A stretch of DNA of 64,000 nt from Eledone cirrhosa (Eukaryota): contig OZ024750.1 of assembly GCA_964016885.1 (NCBI GenBank), forward strand, positions 38,130,001 to 38,194,000. The letters are read 5' to 3'. The position numbers and the translations under genes are program-made. This document shows, in pieces, positions 62,001 through 64,000 of the stretch. The notes beneath the pieces were generated by a model. The model ran no database searches. It worked only from the letters and a program-made list of their open reading frames with translations, and was not told the DNA's origin. The number at the start of each line of letters is the position of its first letter. Within the stretch, counting starts at the first letter, position 1.

Positions 62001-64000
62001 TTCCATGAAGCTATGACTAACCTGTACACTGTATGTGATGTACAATGAAGCTATGGCTAACCTGTACACTGTATGTGATTTACCATGAAGCTATGACTAA
62101 CTTGTACACTGTATATGATGTACCATGAAGCTATGACTAACATGTACACTGTATGCGATGTACCATGAAGCTATGACTAACCTGTACACTGTATGTGATG
62201 TACCATGAAGCTATGACTAACCTGTACACTGTATGTGATGTACCATGAAGCTATGGCTAACCTCTACACTGTATGTGATGTACCATGAAGCTATGACTAA
62301 CCTGTACACTGTATGTGATGTACCATGAAGCTATAGCTAACCTATACACTGTATGTGATATACCATGATGCTATGACTAATCTGTACACTGTATGTGATG
62401 TACCATGAAGCTATGGCTAACCTGTACACCGTATGTGATGTAACATGAAGCTATAGCTAACCTGTACACTGTATGTGATGTACCATGAAGCTATGACTAA
62501 CCTGTACACTGTATGTGATGTACCATGAAGCTATGACTAACCTGTACACTGTATGTGATGTACCATGAAGCTATGGCTAACCTGTACACTGTACGTGATG
62601 TACCATGAAGCTATGACTAACCTGTACACTGTATATGATGTACCATGAAGCTATGACTAACATGTACACTGTATGCGATGTACCATGAAGCTATGACTAA
62701 CCTGTACACTGTATGTAATGTACCATGAAGCTATGACTAACCTGTACACTGTATGTGATGTACCATGAAGCTATAGGTAACCTGTACACTGTATGTGATG
62801 TACCATGAAGCTATGACTAACCTGTACACTGTATGTGATGTACCATGAAGCTATGACTAACCTGTACACTGTATGTGATGTACCATGAAGCTATGACTAA
62901 CCTGTACACTGTATGTGATGTACCATGAAGCTATAGCTAACCTATACACTGTATGTGATGTACCATGAAGCTATGACTAACCTGTACACTGTATGTGATG
63001 TACCATGAAGCTACGACTAACCTATACACTGTATGTGATGTACCATGAAGCTATGACTAATCTGTACACTGTATGTGATGTACCATGAAGCTATGACTAA
63101 CATGTAACCTGTATGTGATGTACCATGAAGCTATGACTAACCTGTACATTGTATGTGATGTACCATGAAGCTATGCTAACCTGTACACTGTATGTGATGT
63201 ACCATGAAGCTATGGCTAACCTGTACAATGTATGTGATGTACCATGAAGCTATGACTAACCTGTACACTGTATGTGATGTACCATGAAGCTATGGCTAAC
63301 CTGTACACTGTATGTGATGTACCATGAAGCTATGACTTACCTGTACACTGTATGTGATGAACCATGAAGCTATGGCTAAGCTGTACACTGTATGTGATGT
63401 ACCATGAAGCTATGGCTAACATGTACACTGTATGTGATGTACCATGAAGCTATGGCTAACCTGTACACTGTATGTGATGTACCATGAAGCTATGGCTAAG
63501 CTGTACACTGTATGTGATGTACCATGAAGCTATGACTAACCTGTACACTGTATGCGATGTACCATAAAGCTATAGCTAACCTATACACTCTATGTGATGT
63601 ACCATGAGGCTATGAATAACCTGTACACTGTATGTGATGTGCCATGAAGCTATGGCTAACCTGTACACTGTATGTGATGTAACATGAAGCTATAGCTAAC
63701 CTGTACACTGTATGTGATGTACCATGAAGCTATGTCTAACCTGTACACTGTATGTGATGTACCATGAAGCTATGACTAACCTGTACACTGTATGTGATTT
63801 ACCATGAAGCTATGACTAACATGTACACTGTATGCGATGTACCATGAAGCTATGACTAACCTGTACACTGTATGTGATGTACCATGAAGCTATGACTAAC
63901 CTGTACACTGTATGTGATGTACCATGAAGCTATGGCTAACCTGTACACTGTATGTGATGTACCATGAAGCTATAGGTAAGCTGTACACTGTATGTGATGT
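44050..64000. repeat. Large tandem unit of 8,917 bp (223 monomers); second copy remodelled to 10,558 bp; third copy starts near 63525 and is cut by the window end
   Basis: The GTGCCATG allele occurs at 44164, 53081, 55441 and 63639. Offset 8917: GAATTC 45850/54767. Offset 11277: GAATTC 45850/57127, TAACAGGTAC 46701/57978. Offset 10558: GAATTC 48489/59047, ACTGAATG 49911/60469, TTGTATGGGA 51111/61669, CTGTACGTG 52031/62589, continuing to 64000. Confidence 0.92.
52618..57341. repeat. Tandem block duplication, period 2,360 bp (59 monomers), 2 copies, spanning the junction of the 8.9-kb units
   Basis: Variants recur at +2360: GAACCATG 52801/55161, GTGCCATG 53081/55441, GAATTC 54767/57127, GTTATAGCTA 54971/57331. 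Confidence 0.93.

Larger units (their letters stand above)
1..64000. repeat. 40-bp tandem satellite array, about 1,600 head-to-tail monomers, consensus ACCTGTACACTGTATGTGATGTACCATGAAGCTATGACTA; extends beyond both window edges
   Basis: Seen directly: every line consists of this 40-mer, usually with 0-2 substitutions and occasional 1-bp indels. The register starts at position 1 and the last partial monomer starts at 63979, a net drift of -22 bp, giving 1,600 complete monomers. No non-satellite sequence or orientation switch was seen. Confidence 0.99.

Noticed and set aside
1-64000. CRISPR array (40 bp is within the CRISPR repeat size range)
   Set aside because: Monomers abut directly with no unique spacers, no leader and no cas genes.
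1-64000. Telomeric repeat array (CTAACC resembles CCCTAA/TTAGG-type motifs)
   Set aside because: There is only one 6-bp resemblance per 40-mer, no G/C strand skew (G8 C8), and the variant pattern shows block duplication rather than telomerase-templated addition.
1-64000. Giant repetitive protein gene or tandem RNA gene cluster
   Set aside because: The period is not a multiple of 3 and stop codons recur in all six frames. There are no tRNA, 5S, snRNA or spliced-leader features, and the unit is too short.
1-64000. Monomer variants (GA/GG/AG etc.) as an information-bearing code or programmed diversification cassette system
   Set aside because: The order of variants is explained by nested duplication of pre-existing strings. 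No recombinase, reverse transcriptase, expression site or other reading machinery is present in the window.
1-64000. Pure sequencing or assembly artefact (rolling-circle concatemer or collapsed repeat)
   Set aside because: Variants recur in long ordered haplotypes with hierarchical, copy-specific differences, unlike random read error or exact repetition. The copy number of individual blocks still needs read-level confirmation.
1-64000. Embedded transposon, unique island or inversion
   Set aside because: The monomer register can be followed continuously from 1 to 64000 with only 1-bp shifts. No reverse-complement monomer (TAGTCATAGCTTCATGG...) or foreign sequence was seen.

Overview
The whole 64 kb window is one uninterrupted, single-orientation, head-to-tail satellite array. 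It holds about 1,600 copies of a 40-bp monomer (consensus ACCTGTACACTGTATGTGATGTACCATGAAGCTATGACTA, 40% GC) and runs off both ends. I see no unique sequence, gene, RNA gene, transposon, CRISPR spacer or inversion, and the one listed ORF is a repeat artefact. The informative structure lies in rare monomer variants, which act as barcodes. Tracking them by eye shows no fixed higher-order repeat. Instead there is a nested patchwork of recent, near-identical block duplications: 1,121 bp x2; 5,599 bp x2 built on an older 3,999-bp unit; 4,158 bp x3; 7,356 bp x2; and an 8,917-bp unit whose second copy gained 2,360 bp and lost 719 bp. These sit on older, reshuffled multi-monomer cassettes. Variation within the monomer concentrates at a quasi-palindrome (AGCTATGACT versus AGCTATAGCT). 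This most likely represents eukaryotic heterochromatic or (peri)centromeric satellite DNA (inference). I cannot identify the organism or satellite family, and I cannot support a new gene-encoded system here. All offsets were derived by hand, and block boundaries are approximate to about one monomer.
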